In this document: positions 18,266 through 25,748 of the stretch, one piece after another | Position numbering within the stretch: the first letter of the stretch is position 1 | Layout: every line of letters begins with the position of its first letter | Assembly (NCBI GenBank): GCA_039812785.1 | Contig: JBDIBE010000001.1 | Span: 1 to 35,424 of the forward strand | DNA from: Thermoanaerobaculia bacterium | GTDB taxonomy: Bacteria; Acidobacteriota; Thermoanaerobaculia; UBA5066 | DNA: 35,424 bases | Direction of reading: 5' to 3' | Translations under genes and position numbers: made by a program | The notes under the pieces: model-generated | What the model was told of the DNA's origin: nothing | The model's database searches: none | The model's input: only the letters and a program-made list of their open reading frames with translations

Positions 18266-18714
18266 AGAACCCCGACGGCCACGACCTCGAAGCCCGCGTC
18301 GGCGTCCTCCTCCTCTCGCACGGCCCGCTCGCCGACGCCCTGCGAGAGACCGTCCAGGTCCTCGAGCCGGAGCCCGCCGAGCCGCTCGGCGCCCTCTCCC
18401 TCGCCTGGGACGAAGCGCCCGAGAGCGCGAGCGAGCGCCTCCAGAAGGCGATCGCGAAGGCCGACCGCGGACGAGGCGTCGTGCTCCTCACCGACATGTT
18501 CGGCGGGACGCCGTCGAACCTCGCCCTCGCTTTCCTGCAGAAGGGACGCATCGAGATCGTCACCGGGGTCAACCTCCCGATGGTCGTGAAGGCCCGGGCC
18601 CTCGCGCGCGCGGGGACTGATCCGGCCGAGATGGCGCGTATCCTCGTCGAGAAGGGCCGGCGGGCGATCGTCGCCGCCGGCGAGCTCATGGAGACGGAGA
18701 GCCGCCCCGCGTGA
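18262..18714 (+). CDS. PTS EIIA component, mannose/fructose/sorbose family
   Basis: This is the C-terminal 150 aa of track ORF 18148..18714: GVLLLSHGPLADAL (active-site His region), LLTDMFGGTPSN, VTGVNLPMV. The ATG at 18262 overlaps the rapZ stop. Confidence 0.85.
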   Translation: MKNPDGHDLEARVGVLLLSHGPLADALRETVQVLEPEPAEPLGALSLAWDEAPESASERLQKAIAKADRGRGVVLLTDMFGGTPSNLALAFLQKGRIEIVTGVNLPMVVKARALARAGTDPAEMARILVEKGRRAIVAAGELMETESRPA

Positions 18715-18980
18715 TCGAGAAGACGGTCGTCCTGAAGAACCGGCTCGGGCTCCACGCCCGGGCGGCGGCGAAGCTCGTCCACACCGCCGCTCACTACAGC
18801 GCGAGGATCACGCTCTCGAAGGACGGCGAGGACGTCGACGGCAAGAGCATCCTCGGACTGCTCCTCCTCGCGGCCGGGAAGGGAACGCCCATCGTCGTCC
18901 GGACGGACGGCGTCGACGAGGCGGACGCGATGCGCGCCCTGACCGACCTCGTCGACCGCAGGTTCGACGAGTCGGAGTAG
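18711..18980 (+). CDS. ptsH: Phosphocarrier protein HPr / NPr
   Basis: The 89-aa product has GLHARAA with His at position 15 and GKSILGL with Ser at position 46 (counted by hand). The GTG overlaps the EIIA stop. Confidence 0.9.
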   Translation: MIEKTVVLKNRLGLHARAAAKLVHTAAHYSARITLSKDGEDVDGKSILGLLLLAAGKGTPIVVRTDGVDEADAMRALTDLVDRRFDESE

Positions 18981-18995
18981 CCCGGGACGGAACGC

Positions 18996-19001
18996 TACAA
19001 T
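18996..19001 (+). promoter_or_regulatory. -10-like hexamer TACAAT, 8 nt upstream of the ptsI ATG
   Basis: The sequence reads cgcTACAATccggcggcATG, with no SD in the 8-nt spacer and no clear -35. Confidence 0.25.
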
Positions 19002-19009
19002 CCGGCGGC

Positions 19010-20797
19010 ATGAAGCGGTCCCTATCGCTTTCGGGGATCCCGGTGTCTCCCGGCATCGCCGTGGGGCGAGCCGTCGTCTGGATCGGACGGCCCGATTCGA
19101 CCCCGCGTCGGGACCTCGACGCCGACGAGGTCCAGGGCGAGCTCGAGCGGCTGAGCCGCGCCGTCGAGGCGGGGATCCGCGAGATCGGCGAGATGGCGGG
19201 ACAGGTCGAGACGCGCCTCGGCAAGGAGTACGCGGCGATCTTCCAGGCGCACGCCCTCTTCCTCCGGGACCCGTCGTTCCTCGGTCCCATCGAGAAGAAG
19301 GTCCGGACGGAGCGCGTCAACGCCGAGTGGGCCGTCGAATCGGTGGCGGAGGCGATGGCCGCACGGCTGCGCGACCTCCCCGACGAGGACCTCGCCCTCC
19401 GCGCCTCCGACCTCGATGACGTCGCGGCGATCCTGAAGCGCAGCCTCGGGGAGGGGAGCGCCGATTTCGACCGCTTCGCCGCGCTCGCCGACGGGGCCTG
19501 CGTCCTCGTCGCCGACGAGCTGACTCCTTCCGACGCCGTCCGGATCCCGCGGGATCGGGTCGTCGCCTTCGTGACCGAACGGGGCGGGAAGACCTCCCAC
19601 GCCGCGATCCTCGCGCGGTCCTTCGGTCTGCCGGCCATCGTGGCGATCCCGAAGCTGCTCGCCTCCGTCGGAGACGGCGACCAGCTCATCGTCGACGGGA
19701 GGGAAGGCGTCGTCTGGCGACAGCCTTCCGAGGACGTCCTCGCCCTCTTCCGCGAGCGCCAGGGACGGGAGGCGACGCGCGAGCGGTCGCTCAAGGAGCG
19801 GAGCCTTTCGGGCCTCGCCCGGACCCGCGACGGCGTCGAGGTGTCGATCCGGGCGAACATCGAGCTGACCCGCGAGGTGCCGGACGTTTTCGAGTACGGC
19901 GCCGACGGGGTGGGCCTCTTCCGATCGGAGTTCCTCTACCTCTCGAACGCCGGGATGGAGTTCCCCGACGAAGCGGCCCAGGCGGCGATCTACCGCGAGG
20001 TCGTCTCCCGGCTCGCGCCCCGGCCGGTCGTCATCCGGACCTACGACCTCGGCGGCAAGAAGGGGGCGCGCCACCTGTCCGGCGCCGAGGAGAACCCGGT
20101 CCTCGGCCTCCGGGGCGTCCGCCTCTGCTTCAGCCACCCCGAGATGTTCCGGACGCAGCTCCGGGCGCTTCTCTCGGCCGCCTCGGAAGGCGACCTGCGG
20201 ATCCTCGTCCCGATGGTCGCCGGCGTCGAGGAGATGCGGCGGGTCCGCACGTTCGTCGACGAAGCCCGCGAAGAGCTTCGTGACCGCGGCGTCGTCGTTC
20301 CCGACCACGTTCCGGTCGGGGCGATGATCGAGGTCCCGTCCGCCGCCGTGACGGCGGACCTCGTCGCCCCGGAGGTCGACTTCCTCGCCCTCGGGACGAA
20401 CGACCTGATCCAGTACACGCTCGCCGCCGACAGGGCGAACGAGGCCGTGTCCGACATCTTCCGGCCCCATCACCCGGCGATCCTCCGGCTCGTCGCGAGG
20501 GTCCAGGAAGCGGGCCTTGCCGCCGGGAAGCCGGTCTCCGTCTGCGGTGAGATGGCCGCCGATCCGACGCTCTTCCTCCTCCTGCTCGGGCTCGGGATCC
20601 GGGAGTTCTCGATGGGACCCCGTTCCGTGCCCCTGCTGAAAGACGTCGCCCGCTGCGCATCCGCGGCCGACGCCGCGCGGATGGCGCGAGCCGCGCTCTC
20701 CCTCTCGACGCCCGACGACGTCGCCGCCCTGCTGGCCCGGGAGGCCGAGGCCATCCTGAGCGGCGACCCCGAGACGCGGGCCGCGGTGAGCTCATGA
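19010..20797 (+). CDS. ptsI: Phosphoenolpyruvate-protein phosphotransferase (PTS Enzyme I)
   Basis: GIPVSPGIAVGRA N-terminus, active-site GGKTSHAAILARSFGLPAIV, FRSEFLY, and GTNDLIQYTLAADR. There is no N-terminal GAF domain, so this is EI rather than the EI-Ntr (PtsP) type. Confidence 0.94.
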   Translation: MKRSLSLSGIPVSPGIAVGRAVVWIGRPDSTPRRDLDADEVQGELERLSRAVEAGIREIGEMAGQVETRLGKEYAAIFQAHALFLRDPSFLGPIEKKVRTERVNAEWAVESVAEAMAARLRDLPDEDLALRASDLDDVAAILKRSLGEGSADFDRFAALADGACVLVADELTPSDAVRIPRDRVVAFVTERGGKTSHAAILARSFGLPAIVAIPKLLASVGDGDQLIVDGREGVVWRQPSEDVLALFRERQGREATRERSLKERSLSGLARTRDGVEVSIRANIELTREVPDVFEYGADGVGLFRSEFLYLSNAGMEFPDEAAQAAIYREVVSRLAPRPVVIRTYDLGGKKGARHLSGAEENPVLGLRGVRLCFSHPEMFRTQLRALLSAASEGDLRILVPMVAGVEEMRRVRTFVDEAREELRDRGVVVPDHVPVGAMIEVPSAAVTADLVAPEVDFLALGTNDLIQYTLAADRANEAVSDIFRPHHPAILRLVARVQEAGLAAGKPVSVCGEMAADPTLFLLLLGLGIREFSMGPRSVPLLKDVARCASAADAARMARAALSLSTPDDVAALLAREAEAILSGDPETRAAVSS

Positions 20798-21162
20798 AGA
20801 CGATCGACCGGGTCGTTCCGAAGCCCTGGGGCAGCGAGAGGATCTTCGCCGCCAACGGCCGCTACGCCGGCAAGCTGATCACGATCCGCGCCGGCGAGAC
20901 GCTGTCGTACCAGTACCACCGGGTCAAGGAGGAGACGCTTCACGTCCTCGACGGGACGCTCGGCCTCGAGACGGAGGTCGAAGGGGAGCGCGTCCTCCTC
21001 GCCCTCCAGCCCGGGGAGACCTTCCACGTCTCGCCCGGAACCCGTCACCGGATGTTCGCGGACGGGAAGGACGTCGTCGTCGTCGAGGTGTCGAGCCCCG
21101 AGCTCGACGACGTCGTCCGGCTCGAGGACCGGTACGGGCGAGAAGGGACCAGCCAGCCATGA
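20794..21162 (+). CDS. Cupin-domain protein (type II mannose-6-phosphate isomerase C-terminal-domain-like)
   Basis: KPWGSERIFAANGRYAGKLITIRAGETLSYQYHRVKEETLHVLDG...PGTRHRM matches the cupin 2-motif pattern of mannose-6-P isomerase/GMP-type cupins. The ATG overlaps the ptsI stop. Confidence 0.75.
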   Translation: MKTIDRVVPKPWGSERIFAANGRYAGKLITIRAGETLSYQYHRVKEETLHVLDGTLGLETEVEGERVLLALQPGETFHVSPGTRHRMFADGKDVVVVEVSSPELDDVVRLEDRYGREGTSQP

Positions 21163-21866
21163 AGCTTCGCATCCTCTTCGTTGCAGCGCTCGCGACAGCC
21201 TTCTTCGCTTCGCCCCTCTCCGCCTCGCCGAAACCGTCTCCAACACCGACTCCGACGCCCGCGGCGAAGAAAAGGAAGCTCTCCGGTGGAAGCTTCGGTG
21301 TTCCGCCGGCGCCGACGCCGGCCGGGGGCGCAAACACGGAGTCTCTTGCAACGGCCGCAAGAAAGGCGCAAGAAGAGCCCGCGACGTCAGGCTCCGGGTC
21401 GACGCGGAAGATCGTCATCACGAACGAGACGCTGGGGAAGCCGGAACCGACGCCGGGCGGGACTTCGATCACAATCAGCGGGGGGGCCGGCTCGAAGCCG
21501 GTCGTGAAGGTGCCTCCGACTCCTGTGCCGGCCGCTCCGGACGCTTCTCCCGCCCCTACGGTCTACCGTGACGCCTCCGGGCGGACCGAGGCGGAGTGGC
21601 GCGAGCGGGCGAGCGCGGTCAGGGAGAAGGTCGAATCGACGCAGGCTGCGCTCGACGCCGCGAACGCCGAAGCCCGCCGTCTCGAGAACGACTTCTACGC
21701 CTGGAGCGACGGGAACTACCGTGAGAGGGTCATCCGGCCCGCCTGGGACCAGGCGAAGGAGCAGGTGAAGGGCCTCGAGGAAGAGCTCGACAAGGCGAAG
21801 GCCGCCGTCGCCGACCTCGAGGAAGAGGCCCGCAAGAGCGGCACTCCGCCGGGATGGCTGCGTTGA
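21159..21866 (+). CDS. Hypothetical secreted protein with a Pro/Thr-rich spacer and a C-terminal coiled-coil-like region
   Basis: Signal peptide MKLRILFVAALATAFFASPLSA, then SPKPSPTPTPTPAAKK, then EAEWRERASAVREKVESTQAALDAANAEARRLEND...LEEELDKAKAAVADLEEEARK. The ATG overlaps the cupin stop. No family recognised. Confidence 0.6.
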   Translation: MKLRILFVAALATAFFASPLSASPKPSPTPTPTPAAKKRKLSGGSFGVPPAPTPAGGANTESLATAARKAQEEPATSGSGSTRKIVITNETLGKPEPTPGGTSITISGGAGSKPVVKVPPTPVPAAPDASPAPTVYRDASGRTEAEWRERASAVREKVESTQAALDAANAEARRLENDFYAWSDGNYRERVIRPAWDQAKEQVKGLEEELDKAKAAVADLEEEARKSGTPPGWLR

Positions 21867-23269
21867 ACGGCCAGGTACCGAGGGTCCCGGAAGAGGGTCC
21901 GCAGAAGCCGGGCCGATCCGTCTTCGTAGAGACCTGGGGCTGCCAGATGAACGAGCTCGACAGCCGTCGATTCGTCGGGCTCATGGCTCGTGAGGGCTAT
22001 CGCGAAGCGGCCTCCGAGGATGAAGCCGACCTGATCCTCCTGAACACCTGCTCGGTACGGGACAAGGCCGAACAAAAGGTCTACGACTACCTCGGACGCG
22101 TCGCCGCCCGGAAGAAGCTTCGTCCGGAGCTCCGTGTCGGCGTCTGCGGCTGCGTCGCCCAGCAGGAGGGGGAGGAGATCCTCCGCCGGTCCCCGGCGGT
22201 CGACTTCGTCCTCGGGACCGGGCGCATCGAGCTCCTGCCTTCCATCGTCCGGCGCGTCGAATCGGAAGGGGACCGTCCCGTCGAGGTGGGATTCGATACG
22301 GACGAAGTCGCCTACACGCCGGGCGCGATCGCCCGGACCGTGCCGCACCGGGCCGCGATCACCATCATCGAAGGCTGCAACAAGAACTGCACCTTCTGCG
22401 TCGTCCCGACGACGCGGGGCCGGGAACGGAGCCGACGATTCGAGGAAGTCGTCGAGGAGTGCCGCCAGCTCGTCGAGGGAGGCGTGGTCGAGATCGAGCT
22501 CCTCGGTCAGACGGTGAACGCCTACTCGGACCCGGCGACGGATCGGGGCCTCCCGGCTCTCCTCCGGGCCATCTCTGCGATTTCCGGCCTGCGCCGGCTC
22601 CGCTTCGTCACCTCCCATCCGAAGAGCTTCGGCGACGACCTCGTCGAATCGATGGCCGAGTGCGGACCCGTCGTCTGCCCGTCGCTCCACCTTCCGTTCC
22701 AGTCGGGAAGCGACCGCGTACTCCGGAGAATGAAACGGCAGTACACGAGAGCGGAATACATCGCGCTCGTCGGGAAGCTCCGGAAGGCGATTCCCGGCAT
22801 CGCGCTCTCGGCCGACATCATCGTCGGATTCCCGGGCGAGACGGAGGGGGACTTCCTCGAGACGATGAGCCTCGTCGAAGAGGTAGGGTTCGCCTCGATC
22901 TTCGCCTTCACCTACTCCCCCCGGCCCATGACCGCCGCGGCGAGATGGGAGCTGGACGTCCCGCTGAAGGTCGCCCAGGAGCGCCTCGCGCGCCTCAACG
23001 ATCGCCAACAGGACCTCCAGCTGGCATCGAACGAGAAGCGGGTGGGGGAGGTCCTCGAGGTTCTCGTCGAAGGCGCCGACCGGACGGGAACGAGGGTTTC
23101 CGGGAGGACGCCCGCGAACCAGCTCGTCCACGTCGACGGGATCCCCGGGACGCCGCCGGGAACGTTCGTGCGCGTCGTCGTCGAGAAGGGCCTCGCGAAC
23201 TCGCTTCTCGCGAAGCCTCTCCGGCTGGTTTCGTCCCCCGGCGCCGGCGCTTCCGACATCGCTCCTTGA
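21854..23269 (+). CDS. miaB: tRNA-2-methylthio-N6-dimethylallyladenosine synthase (radical SAM methylthiotransferase MiaB)
   Basis: VFVETWGCQMNELDS (UPF0004 domain), radical-SAM CNKNCTFCVVP, and a TRAM-like C-terminus (GRTPANQLVHV...FVRVVVEK). The start at 21854 overlaps the upstream gene by 13 nt, so the exact start is uncertain. Confidence 0.9.
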   Translation: MAALNGQVPRVPEEGPQKPGRSVFVETWGCQMNELDSRRFVGLMAREGYREAASEDEADLILLNTCSVRDKAEQKVYDYLGRVAARKKLRPELRVGVCGCVAQQEGEEILRRSPAVDFVLGTGRIELLPSIVRRVESEGDRPVEVGFDTDEVAYTPGAIARTVPHRAAITIIEGCNKNCTFCVVPTTRGRERSRRFEEVVEECRQLVEGGVVEIELLGQTVNAYSDPATDRGLPALLRAISAISGLRRLRFVTSHPKSFGDDLVESMAECGPVVCPSLHLPFQSGSDRVLRRMKRQYTRAEYIALVGKLRKAIPGIALSADIIVGFPGETEGDFLETMSLVEEVGFASIFAFTYSPRPMTAAARWELDVPLKVAQERLARLNDRQQDLQLASNEKRVGEVLEVLVEGADRTGTRVSGRTPANQLVHVDGIPGTPPGTFVRVVVEKGLANSLLAKPLRLVSSPGAGASDIAP

Positions 23270-23315
23270 ATCGGGGCGTCCGCGTCCACACAATCGGAGG
23301 GGAAGGGGAATCGCC

Positions 23316-23801
23316 GTGAGCGTTCGGATGGAGGTCAAGGCCCTCATCGTCGACCCGATCGCGAACATGCCCGTCGTGATCCTGCGCGACGCGGACGACA
23401 AGAGCTTCCTCCCGATCTGGGTCGGGGTTTTCGAGGCGAACGCGATCGCTCTTCAGCTCGAGGGCATCCGAACGCCCCGCCCGATGACCCACGACCTCCT
23501 CCGCCAGACCATCGGCTCGCTCGGCGGGACGCTCGAGAAGGCCGTCATCACGAAGCTCGAGGAGAACACCTACTTCGCCGAGCTTCATCTCGCCGCCGAA
23601 GGCCGCTCGATCATCGTCGACAGTCGGCCGTCGGACGCGATCGCGCTTGCCCTCCGGATGTCGGTCCCTGTCTTCGTCGAGGAGCAGGTCCTCGAGAAGA
23701 GCCGCGCGCAGGACGATTCCTCGGAAGCTCAGAGCCACGAGCGGCTCCGAAAGTGGTTCGAGGAAGCCGACCCGGAGTCGCTCGGCAAGTACAAGATGTA
23801 A
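23316..23801 (+). CDS. Bifunctional nuclease family protein (DUF151/BFN domain)
   Basis: VKALIVDPIANMPVVILRD...LPIWVGVFEANAI...PRPMTHDLL...DSRPSDAIALALRMSVPVFVEEQVL matches the DUF151 pattern as I recall it. An SD, ggagggg, lies upstream. Confidence 0.8.
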   Translation: MSVRMEVKALIVDPIANMPVVILRDADDKSFLPIWVGVFEANAIALQLEGIRTPRPMTHDLLRQTIGSLGGTLEKAVITKLEENTYFAELHLAAEGRSIIVDSRPSDAIALALRMSVPVFVEEQVLEKSRAQDDSSEAQSHERLRKWFEEADPESLGKYKM

Positions 23802-23879
23802 CGCCCTTCGCGGCGCGAACATCAGACGCCGCTCCGGCGCCTTTCCAAGCATCTCTCAGGTCAGGACTTCCTTGACGCC

Positions 23880-23908
23880 TTGAGAACGGGCGCGCGTGCT
23901 CGTATCCT
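23880..23908 (+). promoter_or_regulatory. Candidate sigma-70-type promoter: TTGAGA, 17-nt spacer, TATCCT, ending 11 nt upstream of the parA ATG
   Basis: ttgaga (23880..23885), a 17-nt spacer, then tatcct (23903..23908). No SD precedes the ATG at 23920. This is pattern only. Confidence 0.25.
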
Positions 23909-23919
23909 CGCCGCCTCCA

Positions 23920-24675
23920 ATGATCATCGCGATCACGAACCAGAAGGGCGGCGTCGGCAAGACGACAACCGCCATCAACGTCGCCGCCGCGCTCGCCCAG
24001 AAGAAACTCCGCACACTGCTCGTCGATCTGGACCCCCAGGCGAACTCGACGATGTCCTACCTCGACCGCCGATCGATCGGCGCGTCAATGTATGACGTCC
24101 TCGTCGACCCGGAAGTGACCATCTCCTCGATCGTCCGCGAGACCAACGTACCGGGCCTCTCCGTAGCTCCGGCGAAGATCTCGCTCGCAAAAGTCGAGTC
24201 GAAGCTCATCGGGGAGATCGACGGCCACTACCGTCTCAAGGACAAGATGGGGGAGATCTCGTCGACCTACGACGCCATTCTCATCGACACGCCTCCGACG
24301 CTCGGAATGATCACAGTGAACGCGATGGTCGCGGCGAGCCACATCATTATCCCGATCCAGTCCTCCTATTTCGCCCTCGAAGGGACCGACGACCTCCTCG
24401 AGACGATCGAGAAGATCAAGACACGGCCCAACCCGAACCTCCAGATCCTCGGTGTCGTCATCACTCTCCATGATCGCCGGACGGTCCTCGGACGCGACAT
24501 CCAGAAGCAGATCGACACCGTGTTCCAGGGGAAGATCTTCAAGACGACCGTTTCCAAGTCGGTCCGCCTCGAGGAGTCGCCCGCCTACAAGGAGTCGATC
24601 TTCACGTTCGCGCCGAAGTCCGCCGCCGCTTCGGAGTACTACAGCCTGACCGAGGAGATCCTGGCTCGTGTCTAA
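23920..24675 (+). CDS. parA: Chromosome partitioning ATPase ParA/Soj
   Basis: MIIAITNQKGGVGKTTT (deviant Walker A), LLVDLDPQANST, IDTPPTLG. The track ORF begins at the GTG at 23896, but the ATG at 23920 gives the canonical N-terminus. Confidence 0.9.
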   Translation: MIIAITNQKGGVGKTTTAINVAAALAQKKLRTLLVDLDPQANSTMSYLDRRSIGASMYDVLVDPEVTISSIVRETNVPGLSVAPAKISLAKVESKLIGEIDGHYRLKDKMGEISSTYDAILIDTPPTLGMITVNAMVAASHIIIPIQSSYFALEGTDDLLETIEKIKTRPNPNLQILGVVITLHDRRTVLGRDIQKQIDTVFQGKIFKTTVSKSVRLEESPAYKESIFTFAPKSAAASEYYSLTEEILARV

Positions 24676-25627
24676 GCGCCGTGGGCTTCCCGAAACCTCC
24701 CGAATGCGTCACGACCCTCACTTCGTAGACCAGCTCTTCAGCGGAGAGGAGCTCTCCATCGGGCGGCGAATCGCGCTCAACCTCATCGAGGCGAATCCCG
24801 ATCAGCCACGATCGATGCTGGGAGATCTCGAAGACCTGAAAGCGTCGATCCAGGCGAAGGGGGTCCTCGAGCCGATCCTCGTCCGTCCGCGGGACGGGGG
24901 GCGCTTCACGATCATTTCGGGGGAGCGGCGCTTTCGAGCTGCAATGGAAGCCGGCCTGACGGACGTCCCGTGCATCGTTCTCGAAGTCTCCGACGCGGAA
25001 GTCGTCGAGATCGCCCTCATTGAAAACCTGCAGCGCAAGGACCTCAGCCCCCTCGAGGAGGCCGACGGATACCTCACCCTTCAGGACAGGCACGGGTACA
25101 CCCACGAGCAGATCGCCCGGGCCGTGGGGAAGTCCCGCGTCACGATCACAGAGACAATTTCGCTGGCCCGCCTGCCGCTCCGGGTCAAGGACGAATGTCG
25201 GCGCGCCGACATTCGTTCGAAGTCGTTCCTCCTCGAAGTCTCTAAGCTCCCGACCGAGCCCGCCATGCTCGACGCGGTCGCTGCATTCGGCTCCGAGGAC
25301 GGTATCGGACGCGATTCGATCCGAAACGCCCGCAAGGACGTCGAGTCGGTCGAGGGCCCCAGATTCCGGAGTCTTCGAAAGGCGTACGAGCTGAACATCC
25401 AGCCGGCGGATTCGCCCTACGCGGTCAGCCTCGTCTTCAGAGGAAACGTCTCGGAAAAGACCGAGATCCTCCAGACGCTCCGCGACCTCATCCGAAAGAT
25501 CGACCAGGGAGAGATCGACCTCGAGGCCCACGGCAGGTTCCTCCGCCCCGGCGGGAAGATCGAGAAGGAGAAATCCGACCTCGCTCCGGATACGGCCGCA
25601 TCAACCTCGGAGGAAGCCCCGGAGTAG
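24668..25627 (+). CDS. parB: ParB/Spo0J-family partition protein (CTPase-type N-domain plus HTH), with a divergent C-terminal third
   Basis: PILVRPRDGGRFTIISGERRFRAAMEAG (GERRxRA box), LIENLQRKDLSPLEEA, and HTH YTHEQIARAVGKSRVTITETISLARLP. The GTG start overlaps the parA end by 8 nt. Confidence 0.85.
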   Translation: MSKRRGLPETSRMRHDPHFVDQLFSGEELSIGRRIALNLIEANPDQPRSMLGDLEDLKASIQAKGVLEPILVRPRDGGRFTIISGERRFRAAMEAGLTDVPCIVLEVSDAEVVEIALIENLQRKDLSPLEEADGYLTLQDRHGYTHEQIARAVGKSRVTITETISLARLPLRVKDECRRADIRSKSFLLEVSKLPTEPAMLDAVAAFGSEDGIGRDSIRNARKDVESVEGPRFRSLRKAYELNIQPADSPYAVSLVFRGNVSEKTEILQTLRDLIRKIDQGEIDLEAHGRFLRPGGKIEKEKSDLAPDTAASTSEEAPE

Positions 25628-25713
25628 ATCGCGGACTCGCCAAGCCCGCCGAGTCGCTCCCGCGACACGACCAAACGCGCGGGGAAGTCGAGCGAGACAG
25701 CCCCGAACGATGT

Positions 25714-25748
25714 CGCCCGCGCCACCCGATGGCGCGGGCGTTCTTGTT
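25714..25748 (+). terminator. Intrinsic terminator downstream of parB
   Basis: A perfect 10-bp GC stem, cgcccgcgcc (25714..25723) / ggcgcgggcg (25731..25740), with the 7-nt loop acccgat, followed by ttcttgtt. Confidence 0.7.

Noticed and set aside
23802-23919. Weak hairpin cgccg-ctc-cggcg (about 23826-23838) after the DUF151 gene, as a terminator
   Set aside because: It has only a 5-bp stem with a 3-nt loop and a poor T-tract (cctttcc), which is not convincing.
25714-25740. Shared core (CC-GATGGCGCG) between the parB terminator hairpin and the hairpin at 35288..35321, a possible repeat family
   Set aside because: Only about 10 nt are shared, the stems differ, and the sequence is the sort of GC-rich palindrome expected by chance here. 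Two copies are not enough to call a repeat element.
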